A stretch of DNA of 64,000 nt, from positions 18,230,001 to 18,294,000 of the forward strand of contig OZ249436.1 of NCBI GenBank assembly GCA_965235115.1, written 5' to 3'. Below the pieces are notes generated by a model. The model was not told the DNA's origin, ran no database searches, and saw nothing but the letters and a program-made list of their open reading frames with translations. Made by a program: the position numbers and the translations under genes. Below, in pieces: positions 30,825 to 43,254 of this stretch. Position 1 is the stretch's first letter; each line of letters opens with the position of its first letter. The stretch is from Laetmonice hystrix. Its lineage: Eukaryota.

Positions 30825-33800
30825 ATGGAGGAAAGAGGGAAGCTAAACCATCCACATGGAATGGAACCGTACGATGTCGCCACAACTGGTGACAGAGGTC
30901 CGGAGGATTTAGGGGCACTCAGTGTTGAACAACAAGCAAAACTCAATCAGTTCAAGGTAGGCTGATGTTTGTGATTCATTTTTAACTCAGACAAAGAATT
31001 CTGTCCATTCCACTCTGCTCTGCCTGTCCATCCTTCGTACAACTGTAGATCTATGCCATGCTTTTTGGTCAGGGCATATTGGGCTAGAGTCTAGACGACT
31101 CCTAAAAATAACAATCTGCCCCAGTTTTAATGAAGTTGACTTGAGATGAGATCAGCCAATTAAATGGTGTAGAATCTAGTCCATTCTAATCTAGGTTTTC
31201 TCAGATAGAAAATTTATCTGATGTCCTATTAATTTTTCTAGGTAAAAACAAGAACAGAAAATGAACAATATCTACGACAGCACCCAGAAGTAGAATGCCT
31301 CGTTGCAGGTTTTCTGAGGTAAAGATCTCATATCATTAGTCTGGATTATGTTTTATTCATTTCTCGTGTTTATGGTAGCGCATACAGAGGCAGGGTCCGC
31401 CAAATCGAGGGACCGAACGCCCGGGACAACCAGAATTTCGGTCTGGACAACTGGATTAAATAGATTGGTTGCCCATCGGGCGACTAGGCCTACATCAGTA
31501 CATGTATGTCGCATGACATCATGTGTGCCTGGGACTGGGCTGAAGCCTAGGCTAGGTGATGCCGGTAGCCAGCATGAGAGTGATGTTGGTGCTGAGACTC
31601 GTGACAGTGCAGAGTTGGCCAACCAAACGTTTGCAGTTAGATGGGCCAAAGTTTGAGGATTTTGACCCAGACACTGCAATAGACCACTGGCTGACACTGG
31701 CCTTATTGATGGCCATGAAGTAGGGGGGGGTGAAAACGCATTTCAAGTTTTTGATGCAAATAAAATTATTTTTTTGTGAATTAAAGCTTTTCTTTACATT
31801 TTAGCCCAAAAATCCTGGGCAACCAGTTCTATTTGTCGGGCAACCACTTTTGAATTTGTGGTTGCCCACTGGGCAACCACATTTCTTGGGGATTTGGCAG
31901 ACCCTGAGAGGTCATGTAACTAACTCTTGATACTTGTAAGTGACACTAATTCCACGAAAACAGTACCTGCCAAGTTTTTACTTTTGTTTCTCATGATGCC
32001 ATTCCAGTACATTGGATTCATCCTTTGTCTGTATGTCCGTATACAATGGTCAAGGACGATCTAAGGATGATGCACGTCAAACAGATATCATTGAATCAAA
32101 ATGGCCGCTTGGCTGTCTTGGGCCGACTTCGATTGCAACTCGGGTCCAACCCGAGTTAGTTGAGTCGCAATTGAATTGTGCGTTTTCCGAGGGTAGTGAT
32201 CCCCGTGACGTCATATTTGACCTCGTTAGCTACTCTGGCTCAACCCTTGACGTGCTGCGGGCCTCCCGGTACCTGCTATTCTTGCCAGAAAACTACTGAT
32301 CTTAAGTAACTGCTTTTGTTACCGTAGGAAGCCCTTGCTTTAGACCTGTGTACTATCATTGAGAAACAACTAAACTCAATTCATCCTATGAGGTAGGGGT
32401 GAAAAGCTGATCTGAAATGTGACGATTTTTCATTTTCGTCAGAAAAATGCTTAAATGTAGCAGATAATTGCTTGACTCCTACTTGATTAAATTTTAATCT
32501 GATACCTGCCAACAAGAGAGTACATGATGAAGGATCTATGTTGAAAAAATCAAGTTGATATGATTGATAGTTCATGAGCTATGGTTTGTTAAAGATGGGA
32601 ATAAATCTGTCGGCAGCATTTTTGTCGCGATAAAAGGAGCCACGCCCACTTTTTTGAGCCCCTATTAAAAAAAACTATAACTGATAATGAGGTAAAACTT
32701 GGTATATTTTCATTTGGCACCACAGGCAACGTGTCAAAAAAATTTGAAGCAAATCTGAGACTATCACTATGGGAGCCCTGGGTGATTTCACATGGAATGA
32801 CCCCAAACCAGCCCAAAATGAAAAAAACGCAAAATTTTAATCACGCCAAATTAAAGTGATTTACAGTACCGGGTATCTCCGATTACTAAAACAGTTCAAA
32901 GATACCATCATTGACGTTATTGAAGATGGATAGGAAATCATAGAAGAACTTTCATTTTCCATGAATTTGAGTGGTCTGTCGAGGTCAATGGCCTGTACAG
33001 TGTACAGTCAGACCTCGCTTATCCGTGCTTCTTTAATCCATATATCTCACAATCCCAATGCACTTTCTGGTAGCCTATCATTTTCTATTTAAAATGATTC
33101 AGTAATCCATATTTTTCAAAATCTGAACACATTTTAGTGGGTGCCAAGCTGTCCGGATAAACAAGGTCTGACTGTATCTCCAAAACAGTTGAGGATAATG
33201 ATATCAGTGGGTCAGTTTTATTGGACACTATTTTCTTTGAGTTCTTTACAGTTGCCAGCCTGGGAACCATTCCTTCCAATTTCCAAAATCTGGAATTATC
33301 TCTGTGGCAACATCAGTTTTTAGAACTTATATTGCATGCTCACGGGTTGAATAAAATAAACGTTTGAGTCATTCAAGGTTGCATCCTTGGGCGGTTAGGT
33401 TGGCTCTATGCCTAAATGATTTTATTTTCTGCCCCAAAAGTGTTTGTTTCTTGTTGTGAATGCTTTAGTTTCATGCTATATATGTTTCAACAAAATTCCA
33501 GAGATGTCTTGATTGCACGGCCAGACAACATAAGAGAATTTGCTGCAGGTAGGTGCATGTGTTTTATTAGCCTGTGATTGGCTACATTTTTGGAAGTCAA
33601 CTTTTGCAAAAGGAAATTATGGATTTTGTGATGTGTATTTTTCTGAATTCAAACAAAAAAAATCGGGTAAAGCTGGATACATATCTTTGACACCGTTACC
33701 GGCAGTAATATGCAAGCATAAGCCTGCAGCCGGTGGCTGCTGGTGTGGTTTATAGTTTCCATACTCTGCAGACTCTGAATACCGGCACATGTCGGCGTAA

Positions 33801-35595
33801 CATTTGCTAGAGTTTAACTGTACATTGAACTTTCAAAATGTGCACTTGCATCCAATGGCAATTCAGCCAATCATAGCAGGGTTAGAGATTATGCCAAAAG
33901 ATCTGAGCGCCAGCTGGGCTCCCAGAATTTCAAATCCGGCAGCCCAGATTTTTACAGCTAGTGTAGCAATGCCAGCAAAGTGTAGCAAAACATGTAGCAG
34001 GTTGACAGACCTACCTATTTTAAGGCAGTTCAAACTGTTAACGGCCACATTTCCGCGGTAGCATCACAACGCTCATTTAGCCTCGTACAATACAAAACAT
34101 GTAGCAATGTTAACGTGTTTAAATTGTCACCTTTTATATGTATAGGACTTCCATTTAATTCTTCTCTAAATTTGCCACACCTGGTACTGACTAGCTGTTA
34201 ACCTGATGACTAGATTATTAAAACAGGCATGAAGATGGGGAATTTGGGAAAAGTATGAAAACCACAGCCTGGACGCTATACGTCAACTGGCATCTACAGA
34301 CATTGCCCCCCAATATAGGCACTTACTGACTAAGCAGAGATGAGAATCTTCTGTGTATCCACGATTTTCCCACTGGTTTTATTTTGAAATTGGTCATTCT
34401 TGAGATCAAATCAATGCAAATCCATTGAGAAAAAGAAATTGTTGGGGGGGGGGGGGGGGGGGGGTAGGCCTACCCGATATACAAGACAATCCTGACTGGG
34501 ATGTTGTTGACAGGGAAAGCTTTGCTGCCGCCACTGAGAAAAGATGTTACCGGTAACCCAGGGATTGAAATAACCCGGATTTCAAAGAAACCTTGGCCCC
34601 CCCTATTTCCAGCTAGTGTCCAGCGGTAAGCAAATATTGGTCACATTAAATGTCGCCTCGAGGGTAAATGATTTACCCTCTAGGCGACTTATGCTCCTCC
34701 AGGTTACATGTGGTTACACGACATGAAGTACCTCCTCGTCGGTTATGTCCACCATCTTCTTAACATCTGGTCAAATTACGATTTCACAGTGGAGCCTTGA
34801 GAATAGGTTGGTGCCTCTGGGGGTGTGCATGCCTGAGTTAACACTTGGGACAACGACGCTACATGTGTGGTCAGGTCTGCCCCGAGGGTAAATGATTTAC
34901 CCTCTAGGCAACTTATGCTCCTCCAGGTTACATTTGTGGTTACACCACATGAAGTGCCTCCTCGTCGGTTATGTCCACTATCTGGTCAAATTACGATTTC
35001 ACAGCGGAGCCTTGAGAATAGGTTGGTGCCTCTGGGCATACGTGAGTTAACACTTGGGACAAAGACGCTACATGTGTGGTCAGGTCTGCTGACACTGCCA
35101 ACCCGGTGACGGCATCAAACGTATAAACCCAGCTTTAAGCCGCTTTCACATGCATACGTTGTGCGGCATGCATTTTTGTTAATAATGTAACAAATGTAAA
35201 TTGCCGCACGCCGCAAACCGGAAACATGTGAATGGTTATATAGATCTATTTTCAGTTGTTCCATTTTTGCAAAAACGCACGCCGCACACCGCAAACCGTG
35301 TGCATGTGAAAGCGGCTTTAGAGTATCTAAATGAGGCTACGTTGGTCGTAGGTGTGAGGAAGTGAATGCTTGCTTAGTCATAATGACAATTATGGAATGT
35401 TTGGTTTCTCTCAGGGAAATCTCAGGGAAACATTCAGGTCAGGGTGTGGGAACCCTGCAGTACCCGTGATTGATAATGATTTTGTTGCTTTTTATAGAAC
35501 ACTTCACAAAACCAGACCTACCAGCCCAACTGGAGAGGGAATTAGAAGAACGTCAGCGGATTCTCAGACAGAATAAAGTGCTCCGTAAACTGTGA
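30825..35595 (+). CDS. RIIAD1: RIIa domain-containing protein 1, 4 exons, 117 aa
   Basis: Exons 30825-30956, 31242-31318, 33502-33548 and 35498-35595 give GALSVEQQAKLNQFKVKTRTENEQYLRQHPEVECLVAGFLRDVLIARPDNIREFAAEHFTKPDLP; AATAAA at about 35753. Confidence 0.93.
31391..31906. mobile_element. hAT-like element with 5-bp TSD
   Basis: AGAGG|CAGGGTCCGCCAAATC ... GATTTGGCAGACCCTG|AGAGG; subterminal GGGCAACCA repeats. Confidence 0.8.
33005..33174. mobile_element. pogo/Tigger-like MITE
   Basis: TA|CAGTCAGACCTCGCTTATCCG ... CGGATAAACAAGGTCTGACTG|TA. Confidence 0.8.
34659..35088. repeat. Tandem duplication of a ~215-bp unit
   Basis: Two near-identical copies starting cgagggtaaatgatttaccctc at 34659 and 34883. 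Confidence 0.85.
35138..35317. mobile_element. Harbinger-like MITE (AGCCGCTTTCACATG TIR)
   Basis: Terminal inverted repeats with TTA/TAA flanks; second copy at about 43516-43690. Confidence 0.8.
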
Positions 35596-38350
35596 TATGA
35601 AGTGTAAAGAACTGACAACATTTGTTATGGTCAGCACGAACGTTATTTATAGAGCCGGTTCATCATTTTAAAGTACGCATTATAATTTATACAGCCAAAG
35701 AAAGATCATATAGCCAGGTTTGTTCAGATCATTCCACAGAGGCTTAAATGAAAATAAAAGAAAACTTGTAGCGTGTCCTTGCTCTTTCTCTAACCTTAGT
35801 GTCCACTGTTAAACATGTTTAACACTTCGTCCCCTACATTATATGCTATGGAAGCCCGTGTTATAGCCAGTAACTTGAAATTCAGTGGATCCTTACATAC
35901 AGCTTCAGTAAATAGTTCAAATTAAAAATAATCTTATGTTGTACATGCATTGAAAAGTGTATTTTGCAGAGAGTGTCAATCATTTATGTTCATATAGCCT
36001 ACATGTTCTATACAATGCCAGTAGAGCACATTATCCTAGAGTTCAAACTGTAGGCCTAACGCTCAGTGCACAAATGACTATGGTGATTGAAATACGATTT
36101 CTGTGTTTTCTTTATTTGGGATACATGTATCCCTGAAATAAAATGTGTTATTTGCTGTCATCATATTTGTGGTGCATTCCAAAATTGGTTTTGACATATC
36201 ATCAGTGTTTCTCTGCCGTTTGATCATCGGCTTGAAGAATCTCTCCACCTATTGTTGCAATTGTCTTTCGAGGATTTAACTACGTTATGGCATAACTGAC
36301 ACTACCGACTGTAAGCTAAGGTCCCTTCATCCGCCGGTGGCGACCGGGACTCACAACCGGTTTGCAACTATTTGGGGGGTCGGACATGACCTCAGGAGAT
36401 AATGCAAACGTAGGCCCCTACGTTTTCAGAGAAGTAACTTTTTCCTGTTAAAGGGATCGTCTCACCCACCAGATCGACCAGACTCTTCAGATTTATGCTC
36501 ACCTCCTCACCACTGACGTAATATCTGGCACTGAATCTTTTCATCCCACGACGGGGGCTTCTAATTTACCTGCATCACAGCCTGTAAATATCTATCTGCC
36601 TGTCAGTCCGTATGTAGCGCTATCTCAAAGACCAGACCTGCCAAAACTCCCACTTTGGCGGGAGAAGTCTCGAATTTGGGGGTTATTTGCCCTTTTCTCC
36701 CGATCTCCCGCCTGCATTCATTTGCAGAAAAGAAAAACAGTTGATGGTGCTCACATGTGACCTTTCTGTCGTTCTTTGGCCTATCTTTGCATTCCTCCCC
36801 CCCCCCCCCCCCCCCATGAATTATGGATAAGAATATTAATACTTGTATTTACAAGACGTTTATCTCCCGCTTGAGAGAACTTGTTCGTACTGATTCTGTT
36901 AACACAATGACATTCTATGAGTAGAGAGCTGTGAAATTATTGGTGAAAAAGTTATAAAAACTAGCCTGAGTGCACGCAAACAAAATGAATGCCGGCGTGT
37001 TGGCATATCGCCAATTGTTTGAACGTGTTGATGTGTAGAGCACATCTTCAATAACAGTCTGCAACCAATATAGTTCCAGAATTCGTTAAAAAGGAAATCC
37101 GTGATTTTCTCGAGAATAATTCCGACAATATTTGAAATTTCCAAATCGAACATCTATATTACGAATACGGACAGAAAAACTTTCAATTTGCACAGACCAT
37201 AATTTGATCCGAGATTTGGATCATATCGGAGAACCGCAATGCCAACATATCGTTTGTGAGACTGATTTTGTTGTGTCAGAAATAGTGAAATACATACTAC
37301 TTTTACTTAAGTCGGAGACTATACTTCATATGCAAAAAGATCTACCGGGGGTATATAAGTAAAGTTCTCCATGTGAAAGGGGCTTTAGACGGGGTTGAAA
37401 AAATATTCTAATTGGTTCAGTATATTTATATGTGAAAGGAGCTTTAGAGGGGTCTGTAAAAATATTCTAATTGGTTTAGTTGGTTTATCTATGGTTTATT
37501 GTACAGCAGTAGTCGTGTTTACAGATGAAACGCAGTGCGCAATGTAGCCAGTAGATTTTGCCAACCAATCCATAACAGTTTATTCTTGAGAATTAACACT
37601 CACGGATTTCAGAAAGTGAGGTTTTCTATCTTGAACCCCATCTGAAGTAAAACCATAACACACCAGCAAAATTCATTCTTCACTACGATTTTATAGTGAT
37701 AAGGGCGATAAATACGACTTGCGAATTAGGTCTGGCTGGTTTCAAGCAGGAAGTGAATCATGGCCCTTACTCAAATTGACTTGATATTTGCTTAGAATTC
37801 TGCTTTTATCTTTTAATGCAACTGAGGAACAAAAACCTATACAGTGCAGATATTTTATAATTCGAAATCAGCCGAAGGATGTTGGAGAGCGACCATGGTA
37901 ATCTTCGTCCGGATGCTCACTGTGCCATGTAACGCATGTCGTCAGCACTTCGGGTACTCGTGGCTAACTTCATGTTCCTACTACCGACCTTGGTCTCCGA
38001 GACCCATTCAGGGTGGATGATGAAATGACTCCGATACGGCTGCATGGAGTTCTGAAACGGAACAGGGTAGGCCTATATATTGTAGAATTTAAATGAGATA
38101 GTGCCTACCTACCCTAACATATCAAGGCCAGTGCTGATTCATCGATAGTTAACTTGGAAATCATCAATGTATGATATGCATGGGTTCTCAAGAAGTCGAA
38201 AACTATTCTAGGCAACGCAAGCATAGACCGTATGTGTGGTTCCTTTGTTTTGGCGTCGAATTTTTATATATCCCGATATGGTCTGATGGATGTAGGCTAC
38301 TGTATTTACGTCTCCCCACGTTTTGTTTTGCACGCTGTTTCTGACCGCTC

Positions 38351-38398
<48 letters not shown>

Positions 38399-39378
38399 TG
38401 TTTCTTTTATTTTCTTCTTTTTGGAATAACTCGGCCACTGTTAGAGAGGAAGTTATCAAATTTGAAATGGCCCGACAGAACCTTCTGAAAAATCTTTGTT
38501 TCTACTTATAGTGCCATTTGACCTTTGACCTCTTCTGTGGCACGAATGTGCCAACTTGTGCTGTGATCACGATAACGCGAGAAAAATAGCCTGAATCGAT
38601 CCAAAATTGGTATGTCGGACTTCTTTCATCCGGGGCTTGGACAAGTTCGAAAACCAGTTTGGTTGACCCAGAACTTTCAAGATGGCGGCTGATCTAAAAA
38701 AATGGCACGTGCCATTTTTTTGCCAAAGCCATAACTCGGAAAATACTGGCTGGAATAACATCAAATTTGGTCAGCAGGGTCATCTATGTGCCAAATTTAG
38801 ATTTCCCGGAGGACACGTTCCTGTGACCCCAGATGACCTCTGTGTGACCTTCAACATTTTCGAAGTGGTTGGGCGCTTACTTGACGTCAGCTCAAAAACT
38901 ACCGGGGCTAGAAAGTCCTAATTTGGGGAAAAGACAACTGTAGATATTTTCTTGGGATTTTGCTATTTTTAGCACTTCATGACCTTTGACCTCAGTACCG
39001 TGCCAACCTTAGAGAAACCTTTTATATATCCCAAACCCCTGACCGTATCTTTATGAAACTTGGTGGAGAAGAATCTCCAGGTCTTTGCCTACAACCGCTA
39101 CATTAAGTGTTTTTCTCTACAGTTAATAGTTTCCGACTTATGCGGCTTACACAGCGCGTAAACAACTTGTTTCTGATTGGCTGTATGCTAATGAGTATCC
39201 AGAACTAGCGTGGGAAAAAAAATTCGCCAGAGGGCCCGCTCCCAGTCACTGGCCTGTGCGCCTGTTCTCAGCCGTTGTCCCTGGCAACCCCCGCCAATCC
39301 CCAGTCAGGCGTCCTTCTCAGCCGTGGTAACTCCCCCCCCAAACCCCTACACGGGCCGGCCGCCCGTCCTCCACCTAT

Positions 39379-39610
39379 GGAATACCGGCGACGACATGCG
39401 AGATGCGAGACAGTGTGTTTGGGTTAGGGTAAAGGTTAGGCCTACGGTTAGTGTTAGTTTTCACTTTAGCCCCAAAATTATTGTTAAATAGGCACTAATT
39501 GAGCAGTGGATCGTGATGTCGGTGTCAATAAGAAACATTCTATGTGCTAAATTGACACTGTTCGGTTCCATGTCGCTTCTCGCATCTCGCATGTCGTCGC
39601 CGGTATTTCC
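39379..39610. mobile_element. MITE with internal TTAGGG-like repeats, inserted in the HINE
   Basis: GGAATACCGGCGACGACATGCGAGATGCGAGA ... TCTCGCATCTCGCATGTCGTCGCCGGTATTTCC. Confidence 0.8.
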
Positions 39611-39759
39611 ATACCCCACCACCGCAGATCCCACAACTGAGTTACATAACACTTCCACGCTCCACCAACAACCACCAACTCCTTTACCACAGCCAGCACA
39701 TCGCACACACACACCCACACCCCTACCCACATACATACATGTATACCTTATCGTCATCG

Positions 39760-40785
39760 GTATTTTCAGCTAGCAGTAACTTGGCAATAGAGCCAGATAG
39801 GCCCATAGTTACTATTGAAGAGAGATAGGAGTCATATATGGCCTTTAAAATGACACCATTTTTAATTAGGTCACGTGACCCTACGTGACTCTATGACGTC
39901 ATCAGTATTTTCAATTAGCAGTAACTTGGAAATAGAGCCAGATAGGCCCATAGTTACTATTGAAGACAGATAGGAAGTCATTATGGCCTTTAAAATGACA
40001 CAATTTTTAATTAGGTCACGTGACCCTATGTGACTCTATGACATCATCGGTATTTTCAATTAGCAATAACTTGGAAACAGAGCCAGATAGGCCCATAGTT
40101 ACTATTGTAGACAGATAGGAAGTCATATATGGCCTTTAAAATGACACCATTTTTAATTAGGTCACGTGACCCTACGTGACTCTATGACGTCATCAGTATT
40201 TTCAATTAGCAGTAACTTGGAAATAGAGCCAGATAGGCCCATAGTTACTATTGAAGACAGATAGGAAGTCATTATGGCCTTTAAAATGGCACAATTTTTA
40301 ATTAGGTCACGTGACCCTACGTGACTCTATGACATCATCGGTATTTTCAATTAGCAATAACTTGGAAACAGAGCCAGATAGGCCCATAGTTACTATTGTA
40401 GACAGATAGGAAGTCATATATGGCCTTTCAAATGACACCATTTTTAATTAGGTCACGTGACCATATATGGCTGTATGACGTCATCAGTGTTTTCAGCTGG
40501 CAGTAACTTTGAAAAAGAGCCAGATAGGCCCATACGTACTAGTGAAGACCCATAGGAAGTCATATATGGCCTTTCAAATGACACCATTTTTAGTTAGGTC
40601 ACGTGACCCTACGTTGCCCTATGACGTCATTGGTATTTTAAGATGGCTGTAACTTAGAAACAGAGCCAGATGGGTCCATGGTTCCTATTAAACTCATATG
40701 GAAAATCATATATGAGTTTTCAATTTACGTCAATTTAAATGCTGTCACGTGACCCCATCTGGCTTAATGACCCTTTTTAGGTAAT
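39760..40785. repeat. Tandem satellite, ~146-bp unit, ~7 copies
   Basis: Units start at 39774, 39919, 40064, 40210, 40355, 40501 and about 40647. Confidence 0.95.
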
Positions 40786-41720
40786 TTTCAACCAAAGATC
40801 AGTGATATCTCGAAAACGGTTAAAGATATCAATGTCTGGGTTTCACCTTTGGGTTTAGCATAAAAAACTTGACCCATCCTCAGCGAATTTTAAAAATCCA
40901 AGATGGCGGCCAAGTTGACCTAATTTCCAATTTCAGCACCATTGGATTGGGTAATAGGTCCACTATCTCTGACACCGAGATGGCTCCCCTAAATTCGATA
41001 GTTTCCATCTTATGGCCCCTCAAAGTTGGCCCTTTTAGGTTATTTTCAACCAAACATCAGTGATACCTCGAAAACGGTTAAAGATATCAATGTCTGGTTT
41101 TGACCATTGGGTTTGGGATGAAAACCTTGAGCCATTTTCCCTGAATTTGAAAAATCCAAGATGGCGGCCAAGTTGACCTAATTTCCGATTTTAACACCAT
41201 TGGATTGGGTAATAGGTCAGCTGTCTCTGACACCGAGATGGCTCCCCTAAAATCAATAGTTTCCAAGTTATGGCTCTTCAAAGTTGGCCCTTTTAGGTCA
41301 TTTTCAACCAAAAATCAGTGATATCTCTAAAACGGTTAAAGATATCAACGTCTGGTTTTCACCATTGGGGTTAGGATGGAAAACTTGACCCATTTAAACT
41401 GAATTTGAAAAATCCAAGATGGCGGCCAAGTTGACCTAATTTCCGATTTTAAAACCATTGGATTGGGTAATGGGTCAGCTGTCTCTGACACCGAGATGGC
41501 TCCCCTAAAATCAATAGTTTCCAAATTATGGCTCTTCAAAGTTGGCCCTTTTAGGTCATTTTCAACCCAAAATCAGTGATATCTCTAAAACGGTTAAAGA
41601 TATCAACGTCTGGTTTTCACCATTGGGGTTAGGATGGAAAACTTGACCCATTTGAACAGAATTTGAAAAATCCAAGATGGCGGCCAAGTTGACCTAATTT
41701 CCGATTTTAACACCATTGAC
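40785..41720. repeat. Tandem satellite, 258-bp unit, ~3.6 copies
   Basis: ttttcaacc...gtgatatct recurs at 40785, 41043, 41301 and 41559. Confidence 0.95.
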
Positions 41721-42503
41721 TGGTGAATGGGATACCTGTACCCTGGGCACCTCGCAACTAGTTAATCTTTTCTTTCGCATAGAAAATCTGCCATAGCTAT
41801 ATCATTGCTTTTGCAACACACTACTTTCATACTAATTAGTCCTCTCTCAAAAATTATATGATGTCATTACTTTAAAAAAGGGGAGACGTCCTGTTCGGAC
41901 TGAACAATTTCTAGTTTTCTTTTGAAATGCACGGGCATCAGGGGTAACCCAATTACTTTAACAATGTCCTTAAAGAGAAAAGTTGTATAGTCCTCTACAG
42001 GAATCGAACCCCGGCCCCAAGATTACTGCACCCATTGTAAGTAGGCCTACACTTGCATACTTCTATTCTCCACACACTATTCTAATTCATGAGATGGCTG
42101 ACCACGGGGCCTCTTTTCATTGACCTTGATATAAAACAGGGGCACAGATTTTTATGATGGCAAAGACCATCATTCGGTGATGGTTTTAGAGATGTAGTAA
42201 TTTAATATTTCACACCCACCATGAAGAACGAATTTTCATGGGTGTACTCAATGGGCGGCGGAGGCTGGTTCGTGTAAGTAGACTGGGGACGTGGCGTCGT
42301 GTATTTTGGTGTGTACCTGTATTCACTGGGCTGGATTCTGAAGGTAAAAAACAAACCCAGTTTAGGGTCTGATGCAGCGCAGCGGAACACGTACATGTAC
42401 ATGGGTGTCAGTAACTGTTGTTGAAGGTTTATTCCAGAGATTTTCACTGGAAAGGGGATGAGAACCCCGTAAGTTTGTGAATCCCCATTGGTCTTTCACT
42501 TAA

Positions 42504-43155
42504 CCCTTGTAAGGGCACGTGGGGTATTTTTGGACCCCAAGCGGGTATTTTTGAAAATATTTTCATTAACACTGAAATTTGAATTCTGCACTTCTATGAT
42601 ATCGTTTCCTAGTTGATTTTTAACATATTCATTTAAAGATTTTATTGTCATGTCGACAGAGTCGGCTGGCATGCTTCTTAGTTTCATGAAAAGGCTGTTG
42701 CTGGGTACCTGGGGTCTTTTTGTACCCCAATCTTTGAAAACGCCCTTTAGCACTAGATGTCTCTTACTCAAGACGGTTAAATGCCACCTGCTGAATTTGG
42801 GCCAAAGTCTCCTCATCTTCCATGTATAACAGTATTCAGTAAATGCGTGTAACTATGAAGCATTTGATGAAGCTTCTTCTGGTATAGGTGCTTGTTAGGG
42901 CACGTGGGGTATTTTTGGACCCCAGTTTCTACTGTCCATCCAGATTTTGTCAAAGTCAAAGTTGTTAAGATGATTTTTGGTTAGGAGTTTTTAGTACAGG
43001 TAAGCCTTTAGAATGTTTAGTTCAAATAAAAAAATATGTTTTAAATTATTTGTCTGTTTAAATTTTGCAAGTTTTGATAACCTAAAATGTGGGGTCCAAA
43101 AAACCCCTTGTGCCCTACAAAGCAACTCCCTGCAATGGACGTGCCGTTACAAGGG
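42504..43155. mobile_element. piggyBac-like non-autonomous element
   Basis: TTAA|CCCTTGTAA(G/C)GGCACGT ... ACGTGCCGTTACAAGGG|TTAA, with internal repeats of the subterminal motif. Confidence 0.85.
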
Positions 43156-43254
43156 TTAAAGTTAAAGTGGCGTGATAGGCCCAAAATTAAAAATAATTAC
43201 AAAGTTCTAATTTTTTGTTTAGAGCACAGTCATAGTATAAGCATCAAAATAAAG

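Larger units (their letters stand above)
38305..41914 (+). mobile_element. Non-autonomous Helentron (HINE-like) carrying internal satellite arrays
   Basis: 5' TTT-ACGTCTCCCC sub-TIR then (TTTC)n; 3' GGGGAGACGT plus hairpin TGTTC-ggact-GAACA plus CTAG before a T-run. Confidence 0.75.

Noticed and set aside
39420..39460. Interstitial telomere
   Set aside because: Only a few degenerate TTAGGG units, enclosed by MITE TIRs.
41990..42035. tRNA gene (GGTTCGATTCC B-box on the minus strand)
   Set aside because: No A-box or cloverleaf; at most a decayed tRNA-derived SINE head.
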